Notes under the pieces: generated by a model | Database searches by the model: none | What the model saw: only the letters and a program-made list of their open reading frames with translations | What the model was told of the DNA's origin: nothing | In this document: piece by piece, positions 45,994 to 58,666 of the stretch | Numbering within the stretch: the stretch's first letter is position 1 | How the letters are laid out: every line of letters starts with the position of its first letter | NCBI GenBank assembly: GCA_964016885.1 | Contig: OZ024742.1 | Location: 181,536,001 to 181,600,000 of the forward strand | Direction: 5' to 3' | DNA: 64,000 bases | Source: Eledone cirrhosa | Lineage: Eukaryota | Program-made: the position numbers and the translations under genes

Positions 45994-46575
45994 CTAGCAG
46001 TGGTACCCGACGTTGCACATGATAAGTATTTTGGAACGCGGGCCGCCAACAGACTTAATCGTGGAAAAACTGCATGCTTGGACAATATGTAAAGAAAATA
46101 AACCGAATACTATGATGGCTGGATAATCTTTAAGATTTTCCTCAATGAAGCAGGAAAAATGCAGGTTTTCACCTAATGCGGGCCCTAAGGATTCAAGAAA
46201 ATGAATTTTTTTTATGTGCATAATATGCCTTGAAATTTCAGGAAAATCGGCTAGACGTAACGCCTCAAAAAAACCCTAAAAAGCTGAAAGATTGAAGTTT
46301 TTCACCTAATACAGGCCCTAGGCTATAAAATAGTTGGATTTTCTTTGCTCGCGGTATGAAGAAGAGACTGACAAATACATAGTTACAATTTCAAGGAAAT
46401 CGGTCTGACTTAACGTCTCAAGAAGCCCCTAAAAATCTGAAAAAATGCAGTTTTTCACCTAAGGTATCAAAAAGTTGAATTTTATGTGCATAACACTCCC
46501 TGAAACATAATTAATACACGTGTAAAGTTTGAAAAAAATCAGTTGGGTACTTCTTGAGTTTTAGGGATTCAAACT

Positions 46576-46617
<42 letters not shown>

Positions 46618-46639
46618 TCCTCAGTTTGATATATATAGA
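45994..46639 (-). mobile_element. Non-autonomous Helitron-like element
   Basis: Minus strand 5'-TC...CTAG-3' inserted between A and T; GC-rich subterminal segment; internal (CA)n and about three diverged 135-150 bp repeats (ttttcacctaa). Confidence 0.7.
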
Positions 46640-47612
46640 TTAATAACCAATAATAATATTTTATATTTTATAAATATTAATTTATAACACTACTACAATA
46701 ATAAAATAACCCTGAATTTATCAACAACCTTAATTACCTCCCTTTGTTATTAACCCCCTTCACAACTTCCTGTGTAAATTCATAAAATTAAGCAACCTAA
46801 CGGTTTACCAGCAACTTAATAACGATTAATGCAAACCTTAATAATCCTTAATAGATAATTTGAAGATAGGAATGCATAGTATAATATACTTACTATAACA
46901 ACATGGCCTGTAATTCGGTGGAATTTACCTTTACCAAACACATACTTATTAACTATACACAACTCAAAAAAATTACATCTCAAACTTAAAAAATTCCATG
47001 GTTAATAAATGTGAGTTACAACCAACATATACATCTATATACGAACTACAATATAAACACACTTGAGTGAAAATTACCTACCCAATTCAATCACGTGCTC
47101 TGCATTACACCTCACATACCATATACCTATTTTATCACCACATGTCTCACTACCATATAGCATGCCGTTTTAAACATGTCTAACACATATAACATGCCTT
47201 AACATTCTACACGAGAGATGGTTATTTCAGCTGTAATATAACTTTTTCCTCATACATTCCTTATTGATTGTATTGACTCCTGCATTGTATACCCTTAACA
47301 TAACCTGATCTCCAATGCTAAGATATCTTATATCTTATATCTATCCTATCTTACATATTTCCTTGCTTGTAACTCTTTTTGCGTGTACCTCTTACACTTT
47401 CAACCAGTGCTCCTTGTAATTGTGTTCTCTCAAGCATAACATCTTTTTAACTCCTGATTCTCTACATGATGTCTATGACACTAACAACACTTATGTATCT
47501 ACCTAAATGTTCTTTTAGGAGAGATGGTCACCATTTTAGAAGGCTGCGTTGTTTTTATGATTTAGAGGGGAGTTTGTTTCCCTAGCTTGGCTGGTAGAAC
47601 AATAGAAACCAT

Positions 47613-50372
47613 CTATTCTGGAACCCTAATGTCTACAGTGAAATGTTTTGCGGAGCGAGCTAATACACGGTAGGGTCCAGAGTATGGTTGCGTGAGAGGT
47701 GGTCTCACAGCATCGTTTCTCCCGAACACATGGGTCCATGAGGCAATATCCCTCGGGACTGCAGATTTGACAGTTTGCTGCCTCGTACGCATCGGCGGCA
47801 GGTCCTGAAAATAGGAACGCAGACGGGATAAATAGGAAAGCGGATCCTGTGCAGCAAGATCGACAGGGGCAAGCATTTGCCCAGGTAATGCTAGAGGAAC
47901 ACCATATAATAATTCGGCCAGGGAGAACCCAAGGTCCTCCTTTACTGTTGACCAAATTCCCAACAACACAATAGGGAGGTACTCGCTCCAACGTGTAGAA
48001 TCAGGAGAAGTCCGTAAAGCGACTTTTAGTTGTCGGTGGAAGCGCTCCACCATTCCATTAGAGGCAGGATGATATGCAGTCGTTCGGATACGTTTAGTGC
48101 CGATGATCTTCGTTAATTCATGGAAGATATTTGATTCAAACTGCCTTCCAAGGTCCGTGGTAATTGACGTTGGTACTCCATATCGAGCGATCCATCCAGA
48201 CACAAGGGCACGCGCTGTCGTCTCAGCAGTGATATCTTTCAAGGGGATGGCTTCAGGCCATCGCGAAAAACGATCGGTAACAGTCAATATGTAATTATGA
48301 CCACCGCTGATTGGCCAAGGTCCTACGATGTCCACATGAATGTGGCAAAACTGAGCGTCCGGGTTACTAAAAGTACCTAGATGAGTCTTAACATGCCTGT
48401 GAACTTTTGATTTCTGGCAAGCAACACAGGAACGGCACCAAACAGTAATATCACGTCTCATATTTGGCCAGAAGAATCTAGCCGTTATGAGTTTTACTGT
48501 GGCAGAAGACCCTGGATGTGAAATGCTGTGTAAAACAAGAAACCCAGTTCGACGATGGTTCAACGGAACAAAAGGGCGTGGCACATCCAAAGAGACGTCG
48601 CAGAGGATCCGTCCGTCTGCGGTCGATAATGGTAGGTATTTCATCCTGCAATTCACAAATTCAGACGATGTAACATCCAACGATTCGAGGGTAGGCTGAT
48701 CGGCTGCCAAGTGAGTCAAATCTATGTCATCGGCAAACGAGACAGGGCGTCGGCCGCTGTATTCATAGAACCCGGAATATGTTGAATATCATTAGTAAAT
48801 TGAGAGATGAGGTCGAGATGTCTAGTTTCTCTGGGCGAGTATTTGTCGGCCTTTGCTCGCAAGGCAAATGTCAACGGCTTGTGGTCCGTGAAGATGGTGA
48901 ACGTTCTTCCTTCAAGAATGTGCGAAAAATGCTTCACCGATAAGTATATAGTTAACAACTCCCGTCCAAAGGTGCTGTAGTGGGTTTCGGCAAGTTTCAG
49001 CTTCCTGGAGAAAAATTCCAACAGTTGCTGTTGATCGTTCCTACTTTGTTGCAAAACCACGCCCACGGCAGTATCCGAGGCATCAACACAAAGCGAAAGC
49101 TTAGTACAATTAGGCACAAACCGCCTATAAAAATTAATCAGCCCCAAGAATTGGCGCAACTAATGGAGTGAGGTTGGTGGAGGCAAATCCTCTATAGCTT
49201 TAACTCTCTCAGGAATAGGTCGAATACCGTCAGCTTCAATGACGTGGCCCCAAAAATTCAGAGAATCGGAACCAAAAACACATTTTGGTGGATTAATTTG
49301 AACACTAATCCTTGAGTCGACAAAACAAAAGATTCAAATGACGTATGTGTTCTTCTCTGGAGGAACTAGCAATAAGCAGATCATCAATATAAGTGTAGAC
49401 GAAGTCTAAACCATGAGTGACCTCATCCATGTACCGTTGAAAGGTGCTAGCAGCATTCCTAAGTCTGAAAGGCAGGGTAAGAAATTTGAATGATCCAAAT
49501 GGAGTCGTAATGGCCGTTTTCGGAATATCTTCTTTCCTGACAGGAATCTGATGATAGGCTCGCACCAAATCGAGCTTTGAGAAAATTTTACATCCCTGCA
49601 ACGACGATGCAAAATCTTGCAGGTGTGGAATAGGGTATCTATCCGGGACAGTTATAGCATTTAACTTCCTATAATCCCCAGTGGGTCTCCAGTCGCCAGA
49701 AGTCTTGGGTACCATGTGTAACGGAGAAGCCCATGGGCTCGTAGAAGGGCGAATTATGCCAAGCTGCAGCATGTGGTCGAACTCGGACCGTGCTGCCTTC
49801 AATTTGTCCGCAGGCTAGCGACAAGGCCGTGAGAACACTAGGGCGCCAGTTGTAGAGATAAAATGCTCCGTTGTGTGAGTTGGTTCGGCAACTCGAAAAT
49901 TTCCCTGAGTAAGCTGTGGGAAAGAATTCAACAATGCATGATAGGGATTCCCAGCATTAGCGATGAAAAGGGTCGGGCTAACCGTTGGAAAATTAGCTTT
50001 GTGGCCACGAAGAGAAAAACCAGTAATGTCGTCTACTAGGCGTCGGCCACTGACGTCCACCATCAATGCAAAATGGTGTAGAAAATCCGCTCCCAAGATC
50101 GGGTATGGTAGGTCAGCAACCGTAAAAATTCATTTGAATTCTCGTCGAAGATTTATGAATTACGGAGGAAGTGAGATTTGTCCAAAAGTCCGTATCGGCG
50201 AATGATTGACAGCTTGTAGATTCATTAATGACTCAGGAGGAGTTTCTTTAACACAGTTCACTGGCCAAATGCTGCAGGAGGCTCCCGTATCTACGAGGAA
50301 AGATCTTCCAAACAGGAGGTCCTCTATGAAGAAATGGCGGTTCTGTTGTGTCTCGCAGAGTTCGCTTGCCAC
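47613..50372 (-). pseudogene. Gypsy pol (protease, RT, RNase H, integrase), disrupted
   Basis: FLVDTGAS; SPWASPL, GDYRKLN, YIDDLL; DASD, FTDHKPL, ADALSR; HxxSHPG, CxxC, HVDIVGP, TDx[19 protein letters not shown]. Confidence 0.95.
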
Positions 50373-50649
50373 CTTTAGTGATCTACATTTCCCGAAGCTG
50401 AATATTTACATGGAGGCCGGCAATGTTTTGCCTTCTCTGCGAAGATGGCATGATACCAGCAAAATAATGAATTGCTGGCGGCCCATGTGGAGTCGCGAAA
50501 GAACGCGAACGACTCCTAGGCCGCCGGGAATACGGCCTATTCTCCCTGCATAACCGAGTGACTTGCTGCATCAAATTTTGCATAGTTGCAAGAAATAAAA
50601 TATTAGTTTCGTCAATTTTTTTTTTTCTATGTTTCTCTAAAAGTTTTTC

Positions 50650-50667
50650 ATCACGTCGGGGTCACCA
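50650..50667 (-). promoter_or_regulatory. Primer binding site, tRNA-Trp
   Basis: TGGTGACCCCGACGTGAT 1 nt downstream of the 5'LTR; the known 18-nt tRNA-Trp PBS. Confidence 0.88.
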
Positions 50668-51135
50668 CTTTAGGAGAGATGGTCACCATTTTAGAAGGCT
50701 GCGTTGTTTTATGATTTAGAGGGGAGTTCATTTCTCTAGCTTGGCTGGTAGAACATCTCTACTATTTGTTGTTAGGTGTAGGTACACAATTAAGCAAATA
50801 AAAAACATACCTCGAGATTATATGTACATGAGCATTTTAATCAGAGCAATTAAGAAAACAGGTTATCATATCAGTTGTTCCTAGGTTGGTAATTCGTAAT
50901 TATCATTAATTGACGGTCTTCAATTGTCCCGTGACCGCATGGTGTGTTATCGCTGTTTCGCCACCGTAAAACGCGTCTGTTCGCCTCTACAGACAAAAGT
51001 CGAAGAGAGAGTTTATTCAGCTACTGACGTCAGAACTAAGGGCAGTTAATCGACTGCCTCCAAAGTCAAAGCTAGGTGGCATGATCTTCTACATTCTGAA
51101 TGACTAGGATTTTAATCACCTGTTTAGACATTCCC

Positions 51136-51186
51136 TATACTCTGATGATTCCAGACTTACCTCTGGAAGAAACAATTGTCAACAAA
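51136..51186 (+). ncRNA. Hammerhead ribozyme core with decayed stem I
   Basis: CTGATGA (51142-51148), stem II ttccaga/tctggaa, GAAA, palindromic stem III ACAATTGT, triplet GTC; stem I barely pairs; (CA)n follows. Confidence 0.65.
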
Positions 51187-51253
51187 TAAATGTATTAAAC
51201 TAAGATTTGATTGTTTTAACACTTTGTATATACACACACACACACGCACACAT

Positions 51254-51304
<51 letters not shown>

Positions 51305-51310
51305 CATACA

Positions 51311-52601
51311 TTTTTAGTGAGACAACTACAAGAGAGGTTCTTAGAGAAGAATAAACCACTATATTTAGCTTTTGTTGACCTAGAGAAGGCCTTTGATAGA
51401 GTACCCCGATCTGTCATCTGCTGGTCCCTAAGAAAACTAGGTGTAGAGGAATCGCTTGTGAGAACAGTGCACGCTATGTACAGAGGAGCTGTCAGTAAAG
51501 TGAGAGTAGGAATGGAGTTTAGTGAGGAATTCCAGACACAAGTAGGAGTTCATCATAGTTAGGTCCTCAGCCCACTCTTCCACTCTTATTGATTATAGTT
51601 CTCCAAGCCATAACAGAGGAGTTTAAGACTGGTTGTCCATGGGAACTTCTCTATGCTGACGATCTGGTACTTATACCAGAATCAGTAGAGGAGCTAGAGA
51701 ATAAATTCCAGCTATGGAAACAGCAGTTGGTATCAAGAGGACTGAGAGTGAATGTAGCTGATTCTATCAGGGAAATGGCCATGTTCGATATGTAGAAAAG
51801 GAGTTGTCATAAACTCTATAGAATGTACACAATGCAGATCTTGGGTACACAAGAGATATAGTGGGATAGCAGGCAAACTAACAGGAAGGAAAAACTTCAT
51901 ATGTAGTAGATGTTTGGGAAAAATGGATAGTAGAAGTGTGAGTGGAACATTTTCAAATACAGGTAGGATCTATAGAGGTGGTTGATAGCTTCCGGTATCT
52001 AGGTGATCAGATTAGCAAGGGAGGAGGATGCTCTGAGGCCATAGTATCTAGAATAAGGACAGGATGGAAGAAGTTTAGGGAGCTGCTTCCTCTGTTGACA
52101 ACAAATGGTTTCTCCCTATGAACGAAAGGTTGGTTGTATGATGCCTGTGTGAGATGCGCAATGCTACATGGTAGTGAGACATGGGGAGCAATTACGGAGG
52201 ATATGCAATGGCTGGAGAGAAATGAAGCAAGCATGTTCCATTGGATGTGCAATGTCAATGTGCGTGAACGACCAAGTATAAACGAGTTGAGAGTGAAACT
52301 GTGTATAAGAGGGGTAAGTTGTAGTGTGCGAGAGAGAAGATTCCGTTGGTATGGCCATGTGATGCGCATGGAAGATGACTGCTCGGTAAAGAAGTGCCAA
52401 GAAATCCTGGTGGAAGGAAGACACAATAGAGGAAGACCACAAAAAACATGGGCGGAGGTGGTGAGAGCTGACTTCAGATTGCTGAAGCTCACAGAGATGA
52501 CGACGAGGGACCGTGACGAATGGAGAGATGCTGTGCTGAAGTGGACCCATCCCACTCTTGCAAGCAGGGAAAAGCGGATGTAAAATGATGATGATGATGA
52601 T
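51311..52601 (+). mobile_element. RTE LINE subfamily C, 5'-truncated
   Basis: FLVRQLQE, DLEKAFDRVPR, LLYADD, RWYGHV; (GAT)n tail. Confidence 0.93.
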
Positions 52602-52769
52602 ATATGTGTGTGCGTTTATATGACTGCATGGAAAATGGATATAAAATGATGATGCACACAAATAACACTTCTTTTCAGAATACATTACATATATTTTCCT
52701 CATTATATCTTACATCAATGTATTTATTTTGTTATTTGTTTTTTGTTTTTTTTTTCTTTGTTGGTTTAG

Positions 52770-52888
52770 TTCCGATAGCTGCAATTGTCATTGTATTGAT
52801 AGTGTTGGTGCTGTGTATTGCTTTGGGAGCTTGGTGTTGGCATGGTTACAGTCATCCAACATCCCCTCTGGGAATATGGCTAATGGAG
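52770..52888 (+). CDS. Host-gene exon encoding a transmembrane helix and juxtamembrane segment, plexin domain-containing protein (PLXDC)-like
   Basis: Poly-T tract + tag acceptor, gtaggt donor; PIAAIVIVLIVLVLCIALGAWCWHGYSHPTSPLGIWLME resembles PLXDC YxxHPTS...IE. Confidence 0.82.
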
Positions 52889-54712
52889 GTAGGTCTTCTT
52901 CTTTATATTGATCTTGTTTGTTGTTTGAAATCTATATTAGCAGGAAGAAGAAAGAACTACACCAACATGTGCCATCTTGTTATGGGTGATGGACCTGACC
53001 TCTGTTGGGACTAGTTTTTCGATCAACAAAACAACCAGCTTGTGAAATTATTGTGCAAATGACTAATAAGCATTCCACTGACACATGTACCCTTAATGTA
53101 ATTCTCAGGAAGATTCAGCATGCCACAATGTGGAACATGGCTGGCTCTTTGACTTACATATACAGTTACTTAGTCAAGCTTCCAAACAATTTCCATCTAC
53201 CCAATTTTATTCACAAGGCTTGAGTTGACTAAGGCTTATGATAAATGATACTTGCTCAAGAGTCTACAGAGTAGGGTTGAACCTGGGTTGATATGATTGA
53301 AAAGCAAACATCTTAACCATTCAGCTGATGTTATGTTAAATAATGATGATGACCATTGTTGTATTGCTGTAAACATCAGCATTATGTAGCTGTATCAACA
53401 CAGTCTGCCCCTTTCTCTAACCCCTTTCCATTTGACAAGAGTTGAACTCATCACTTCAAAGTAACAAACACTCAAGTTTTACTGCACTAGTTTCACTTAA
53501 CCCTTTTGTTACTATATTTCTAATGAAAGACAATGACTATGATTTTCAAATAATTTTGAACATAATCAAAAATGTGGAAGGATTTAGTAATATAACGGAC
53601 TTTCTCATTAAGTTGGCGTTGTAGCATTACTTAAGAAATGTTTTGACATTGAATTCTGATGGTCTGTTTTAGATGAATATAAACACCTTAATTCTATTTC
53701 TTGTTCAGGCCAAGCCAACCTAGAGCTCTATGCAAATGAAGCTAATCAGCTCATATACATAAGTGTTAAAACTATGTTTGCAGCTATTTGAGTTCCAACA
53801 GGAAGTCAGGTAAAGAGGTGCATTACCTTGACCACAGCCAGATAAGCCAGAAATAGCTGTCAGTAATGTCTCCTTGCTTCTGCTACAACTCGGTAGGTGG
53901 CTGGCGCCACCTTCTTTAAAATTCATAGCTGAAGGCTTTCAAATATTTATTCATAAGCATATCGTGTATTATTCAATATACAAACTTTACATACTTATAA
54001 ATATAAATACTTTAAAACAAACAATTTTGTACCATAGAACCAGAAGAGGTTCGATATGAAAAGGTTTAAAGCTGAGAGAACTTGTCCAAAATGTTTAGCC
54101 TATTTACAGCAATGTGAATTGTAGCTTTATCATTAATGGCATCATTTTTGAATATTTAATATTTCTTGGCTCATATCAAATGTTATTGCCCACTTTACTA
54201 TAAAACAAGTTTATTAGCAGGACACAGTAGAGTGTTGCTAATGAAATACAATATGTTAGTCCTATAAGCTAGTGATCTTGTCAGCTACAACTTTCTCTAT
54301 GCAAGGTTGGAACAATGGACATAAAAGGATGATGAGGATGATGTTTATTTTTATCCTTTAGTCATAAAAGGAAGGACAGTACACATGGGGATTTTCAGAG
54401 TCCCGGTGGCAGGAAGGAATGTATCCTCAAACAGGATATGTGTCACAAAAGTTTGCACGAGAATGAACTCTTCCGTAGGCACCCAAGTGCTAGGTAGTGG
54501 TACCAAACCAACATATAAGTCTGCATGCAAGTAGGCCACAGCACGATTTGAACTAAGAACACAAAAATCCTAAATGAAAACTGCAAGACACCTTATCCAC
54601 AGGTCAAACAAGTCTGGTACTTGTTTTTCTTATCTTTATTTTGCTGAGCTTCTAAGTAATGGGATATAAAAAGACACATGTAAATATAGATATGGATACG
54701 TACATATATACA

Positions 54713-55051
54713 TACATGGCTTAGTGGTTAGAGCATTGGCCTTGCAATCGAAAGGTTGTGAGTTTAATTCTCAGACCGGGTGGTGTGTTGTTTCCTTGAG
54801 CAAGACACTTTATTTCACATTGCTCCAGTTTACTCAGCCGTAGAAATGAGATGATAGGGACTGGGGTCCCTATCATTCCACTGCAAAGTGGTCATGGAGG
54901 CGCCACGGCAAAAAAGCACCCACCACTCACTGTAAATGAGGTTGGTGTTAGGAAGGGCATCCAGCTGTAGAAATCAAGCCAGAATCAGTTCCCGTCCCAC
55001 CCTTGCAAGCAGGGAAAAAGCGCACGTAAAAAACGAAATGAATGAATGAAT
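54713..55051 (+). mobile_element. SINE: family-2 head + RTE-B 3'UTR + RTE-C-like terminus
   Basis: Matches the 45373-45853 SINE up to gaatcagttcccgt, then cccacccttgcaagcagggaaaa and (GAAT)n. Confidence 0.82.
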
Positions 55052-55424
55052 ATCAATATGTATATTTATCAACATCATTGTCATTTTAATGTCTGCTTTC
55101 CCTGCTAGCAAGGGTTGGACAGGCCTACATAGACCTAATCAGTACTGAAGCAGAGCCACTGATCTCACAGACTTTATATACAGTCGACGCTCCACCGAGT
55201 GCCCAGGAGAGGTTGTCATGTCTTTGACACAACTGAAGGTCTTCCCGACGCGTTTGCTATATATATGTTTGTATGTATGTATGTGTGTGTGTGTATATAT
55301 ATGTATTTGTGTATGTGTATATATATATATATTTATATATGTATTTATGAATGTATATATGTGTGTGTGTGTATATATATGTGTGTGTGTATATATATAT
55401 GTGTATATATATATATGTGTGTAT

Positions 55425-58276
55425 AAGGAATGAGGAAGGATTCAGACTTCTAGAATTCTGCGACGCCAATGACATGTCGATATGTAACACAAACTTTAAA
55501 AAACCCGACAACCACCTGATCACCTATAGATCAGGGGAGCACTCTAGTCAGTTAGATTTTATCCTCATCAGAGGACGTGACAGATGGACGGTCGTAAACA
55601 CAAAAGCCTTCCCTAGTGAGGAATGTACATCCCAACATAGCTTAGTTGTCAGCGACCTCACGGTCAGAACTAGACGAGCCCTGAAACAGAGGCCAACCTG
55701 GAGAAGAAAGATCTGGAAGCTGAAAGTCCCCTCAACCAGTAACAGATTTAAAGATATTTTACTCAACGCCTACGACAGTAAAGAAGAACAGATAGAGACA
55801 TTTAACGTAGAAGAGAACTGGGAGTTCCTAAAAAATAACTTACTAGAGGCGACGGATGAGGTTTGTGGCTGGAGTAAGACCTCAAGCAGGAGGAGAGTGA
55901 CTTGGTGGTGGAACAATAAGGTAGATGAAGCAGTCAAGGCCAAGAGACAGGCATGGAAAGAATGGAAGAACGGGGGGAGCAGGGTACATTACATAGAGAC
56001 CAAGAGGGAAGCTAGGCGACAAGTATACTTAGCTAGGAGGGAAGCAGAGGATAGAAAATTCAAGCATGTTTTACAACGTGAGGACCAGAAACAGGAGGTA
56101 TTCAAGATTGCGAGGCAGTGTGTCAGAGATAGTTGTGATGTCATTGGAGAGAAGTGTATCCGGAATGATAAAGGTGAGCTTGCCCTCACAAGTGCTGAGA
56201 AGAAAGATGCATGGAAGAGTCATTATGATAGATTACTAAATGAGGAGAATGCATGGGAAGAAGAGACCCTACCCCACGTAGACCCTATAGAGGGACCAGC
56301 AGTACAAGTCAGCGGCAGCGTAGTAAGTAAGGCAATCAGAGATATGAAGATAGGGAAGGCAACCGGTCCATCGGGTATAGCTGCCGAGATGCTGAAGGCA
56401 TCTGGGTCTGTAGGTCACACTATAACCACACGTATCGTTAACCAGGTAATACTAGAGGGGGCCATACCAAAAGATTGGTGCAGTAGCATCATTGTCAACT
56501 GCTACAAAGGTAAAGGCGATGCACTAGATAGAGGAAACTATAGAGGTATAAAGTTGATGGACCAGGTCATGAAAGTAACAGAAAGAGTTATAGCACAGCT
56601 GATTAGGGACCGGGTGAATATAGACGAGATGCAATTTGGGTTTGTTCCAGGGAAAGGCACCACTGATGCGCTCTTCCTTGTGAGGCAATTACAGGAAAAG
56701 TACCTAGCTAAAAGTAAGCCACTCTACTTGGCATTTGTCGACCTTGAGAAAGCCTTTGACAGAGTTCCACGTGCAGTAATCTGGTGGGCTCTTAGAAAAC
56801 TAGGAGTAGATGAATGGCTTGTGAAAGCGGTACAAGCCATGTATAGGGGAGCAGTCAGCAAAGTTAGGATTGGCAATGAGTATAGCGAGGAATTTAGCGT
56901 ACAGGTTGGGGTCCACCAGGGCTCTGTTCTTAGCCCTCTCCTGTTCATCATAGTCCTGCAGGCAATAACGGAGGAGTTTAAGACCGGATGCCCATGGGAA
57001 CTCCTGTATGCTGATGACCTCGCACTCATAGCTGAATCTATGGTAGAACTAGAGAATAAATTCCAAACCTGGAAGCAGGGACTAGAGAGAAAGGGCCTCA
57101 AAGTCAACATGACAAAGACTAAGGTCCTTATAAGTAGACGAGAAAACAGAACCCAGATCCCCTCAGGGAAATGGCCTTGCTCAGTATGTAGGAAAGGTGT
57201 AGGTAGGAACTCCATTCTTTGCCCCAAATGCAAACAATGGGTACACAAGAGATGTAGCGGGATCTCAGGAAGCTTAATTAAGAATGTAGGATTCACATGC
57301 AGCAGCTGTGCTGAAACAGCAAGCAAACAGCCACAGGAAACAAGTACCACCAATCTCTGGGAGGGCCCTGTAGAAACAGTAGACAGCTTCTGCTACCTAG
57401 GTGACCGAATTAGCAACGGAGGTGGGTGCTCAGAAAGTACAATAACTAGGGTAAGAACGGGATGGAAGAAGTTTATGGAACTACTACCACTGCTAGCTGC
57501 AAAAGGCTTCTCCCTCAGAATGAAAGGCAGACTGTATGATGCGTGTATCCGAACAGCGATGTTGCATGGTAGTGAGACCTGGGCGCTGAAGGTGGAAGAC
57601 TTACGTAGATTAGAGAGAAACGAAGCCTGCATGCTCCGATGGATGTGTAACAGTAATATACGTGAACGACAAAGCATAAATGAATTGAGAGAGAGACTGA
57701 GCATAAGAGGAATCAAATGCTGCGTGCAGGAGAGGCAGTTACGCTGGTATGGACATGTGATGCGTATGAAGGATGACAGCTGCATAAAAAGGTGCAGAGC
57801 ACTAGAAGTTGATGGAAACCGCGGTGTGGGGAGACCCAAGATGACTTGGGATGAGGTGATAAAAGCCGACCTTACCCAACTACACCTCTCAAAGTCAATG
57901 ACACACGACCGTGACTTCTGGCGTCACGCAGTAATACAGGGTACCCGACCTCCCATGGGTACATGCTGAAGCATATAAACAATATGCCCCCCCCCCCCCC
58001 CCACCGCAAGGTGGTCGTGGAGGTGCCACGGCAAAAAAGCACCCAGCCCACACTGTAAAGTGGACGTGTAGGCGCCACGAAAAAGCACCCAGCACTCACT
58101 GTAAATGAGGTTGGTGTTAGGAAGGGCATCCAGCTGTAGAAATCAAGCCAGATCAGTTCCTGTATGAGCAAGGCATGGTCAGCCGACCAGACACTGCCCA
58201 CAACAGGACAACCCGTCTAACCCATGCTAGCGTGGAAGAACGGACGTAAAACGGTGATGATGATGATGATGATGAT
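55425..58276 (+). mobile_element. Young RTE LINE subfamily B, 5'-truncated
   Basis: Open ORF to 57969, complete 3'UTR, (GAT)n tail, microsatellite flanks. Confidence 0.97.
55426..57969 (+). CDS. RTE ORF: partial APE endonuclease, reverse transcriptase, PHD-like zinc finger (no native start)
   Basis: 847 codons without a stop; NYRGIKL, QFGF, DLEKAFD, GVHQGSVLSPLLF, YADD, FCYLG. Confidence 0.93.
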   Translation, partial: RNEEGFRLLEFCDANDMSICNTNFKKPDNHLITYRSGEHSSQLDFILIRGRDRWTVVNTKAFPSEECTSQHSLVVSDLTVRTRRALKQRPTWRRKIWKLKVPSTSNRFKDILLNAYDSKEEQIETFNVEENWEFLKNNLLEATDEVCGWSKTSSRRRVTWWWNNKVDEAVKAKRQAWKEWKNGGSRVHYIETKREARRQVYLARREAEDRKFKHVLQREDQKQEVFKIARQCVRDSCDVIGEKCIRNDKGELALTSAEKKDAWKSHYDRLLNEENAWEEETLPHVDPIEGPAVQVSGSVVSKAIRDMKIGKATGPSGIAAEMLKASGSVGHTITTRIVNQVILEGAIPKDWCSSIIVNCYKGKGDALDRGNYRGIKLMDQVMKVTERVIAQLIRDRVNIDEMQFGFVPGKGTTDALFLVRQLQEKYLAKSKPLYLAFVDLEKAFDRVPRAVIWWALRKLGVDEWLVKAVQAMYRGAVSKVRIGNEYSEEFSVQVGVHQGSVLSPLLFIIVLQAITEEFKTGCPWELLYADDLALIAESMVELENKFQTWKQGLERKGLKVNMTKTKVLISRRENRTQIPSGKWPCSVCRKGVGRNSILCPKCKQWVHKRCSGISGSLIKNVGFTCSSCAETASKQPQETSTTNLWEGPVETVDSFCYLGDRISNGGGCSESTITRVRTGWKKFMELLPLLAAKGFSLRMKGRLYDACIRTAMLHGSETWALKVEDLRRLERNEACMLRWMCNSNIRERQSINELRERLSIRGIKCCVQERQLRWYGHVMRMKDDSCIKRCRALEVDGNRGVGRPKMTWDEVIKADLTQLHLSKSMTHDRDFWRHAVIQGTRPPMGTC

Positions 58277-58666
58277 ATATATATATATATATGTGTATTT
58301 ATGAATGTATATGTGTGTGTATGTATATATATATATGTATTTATTTATTTATGTATGTATATATATATATATGTGTGTGTTTATATATGTGTATGTATAT
58401 GTATTTATGAATGTATATATATATATATATGTGTGTGTGTGTATATGTGTGTATGTATATATGTGTGTGTGTGTGTATAAAACATCAGGCTCAAGGTGTC
58501 ACTCAGCGGGACAGAACCCAAAACCATGTGGTTGTAAAACACATTATCTTAACCACAGACATGCCTGTGATTTTCTCCACTTTTTTTATATTATTTGTAA
58601 CTTTTTGTTTGAGTTTGCAGCTAAACTAATACAATGAAACATTAAGTAGTGTAACTAAATAGCTAA

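Larger units (their letters stand above)
47514..51093 (-). mobile_element. Ty3/Gypsy LTR retrotransposon, internally deleted
   Basis: 5'LTR 50669-51093, 3'LTR remnant 47514-47601, 4-bp TSD TTCT, pol order PR-RT-RH-IN. Confidence 0.95.

Noticed and set aside
52604-53014. 136-aa ORF as a stand-alone membrane protein
   Set aside because: Only 52770-52888 is exon-like; the flanks are intronic poly-T and post-donor sequence
56724-57839. Recurrent antisense ORFs over RTE copies
   Set aside because: Shadows of the sense RT frame; they recur only because the element is repeated
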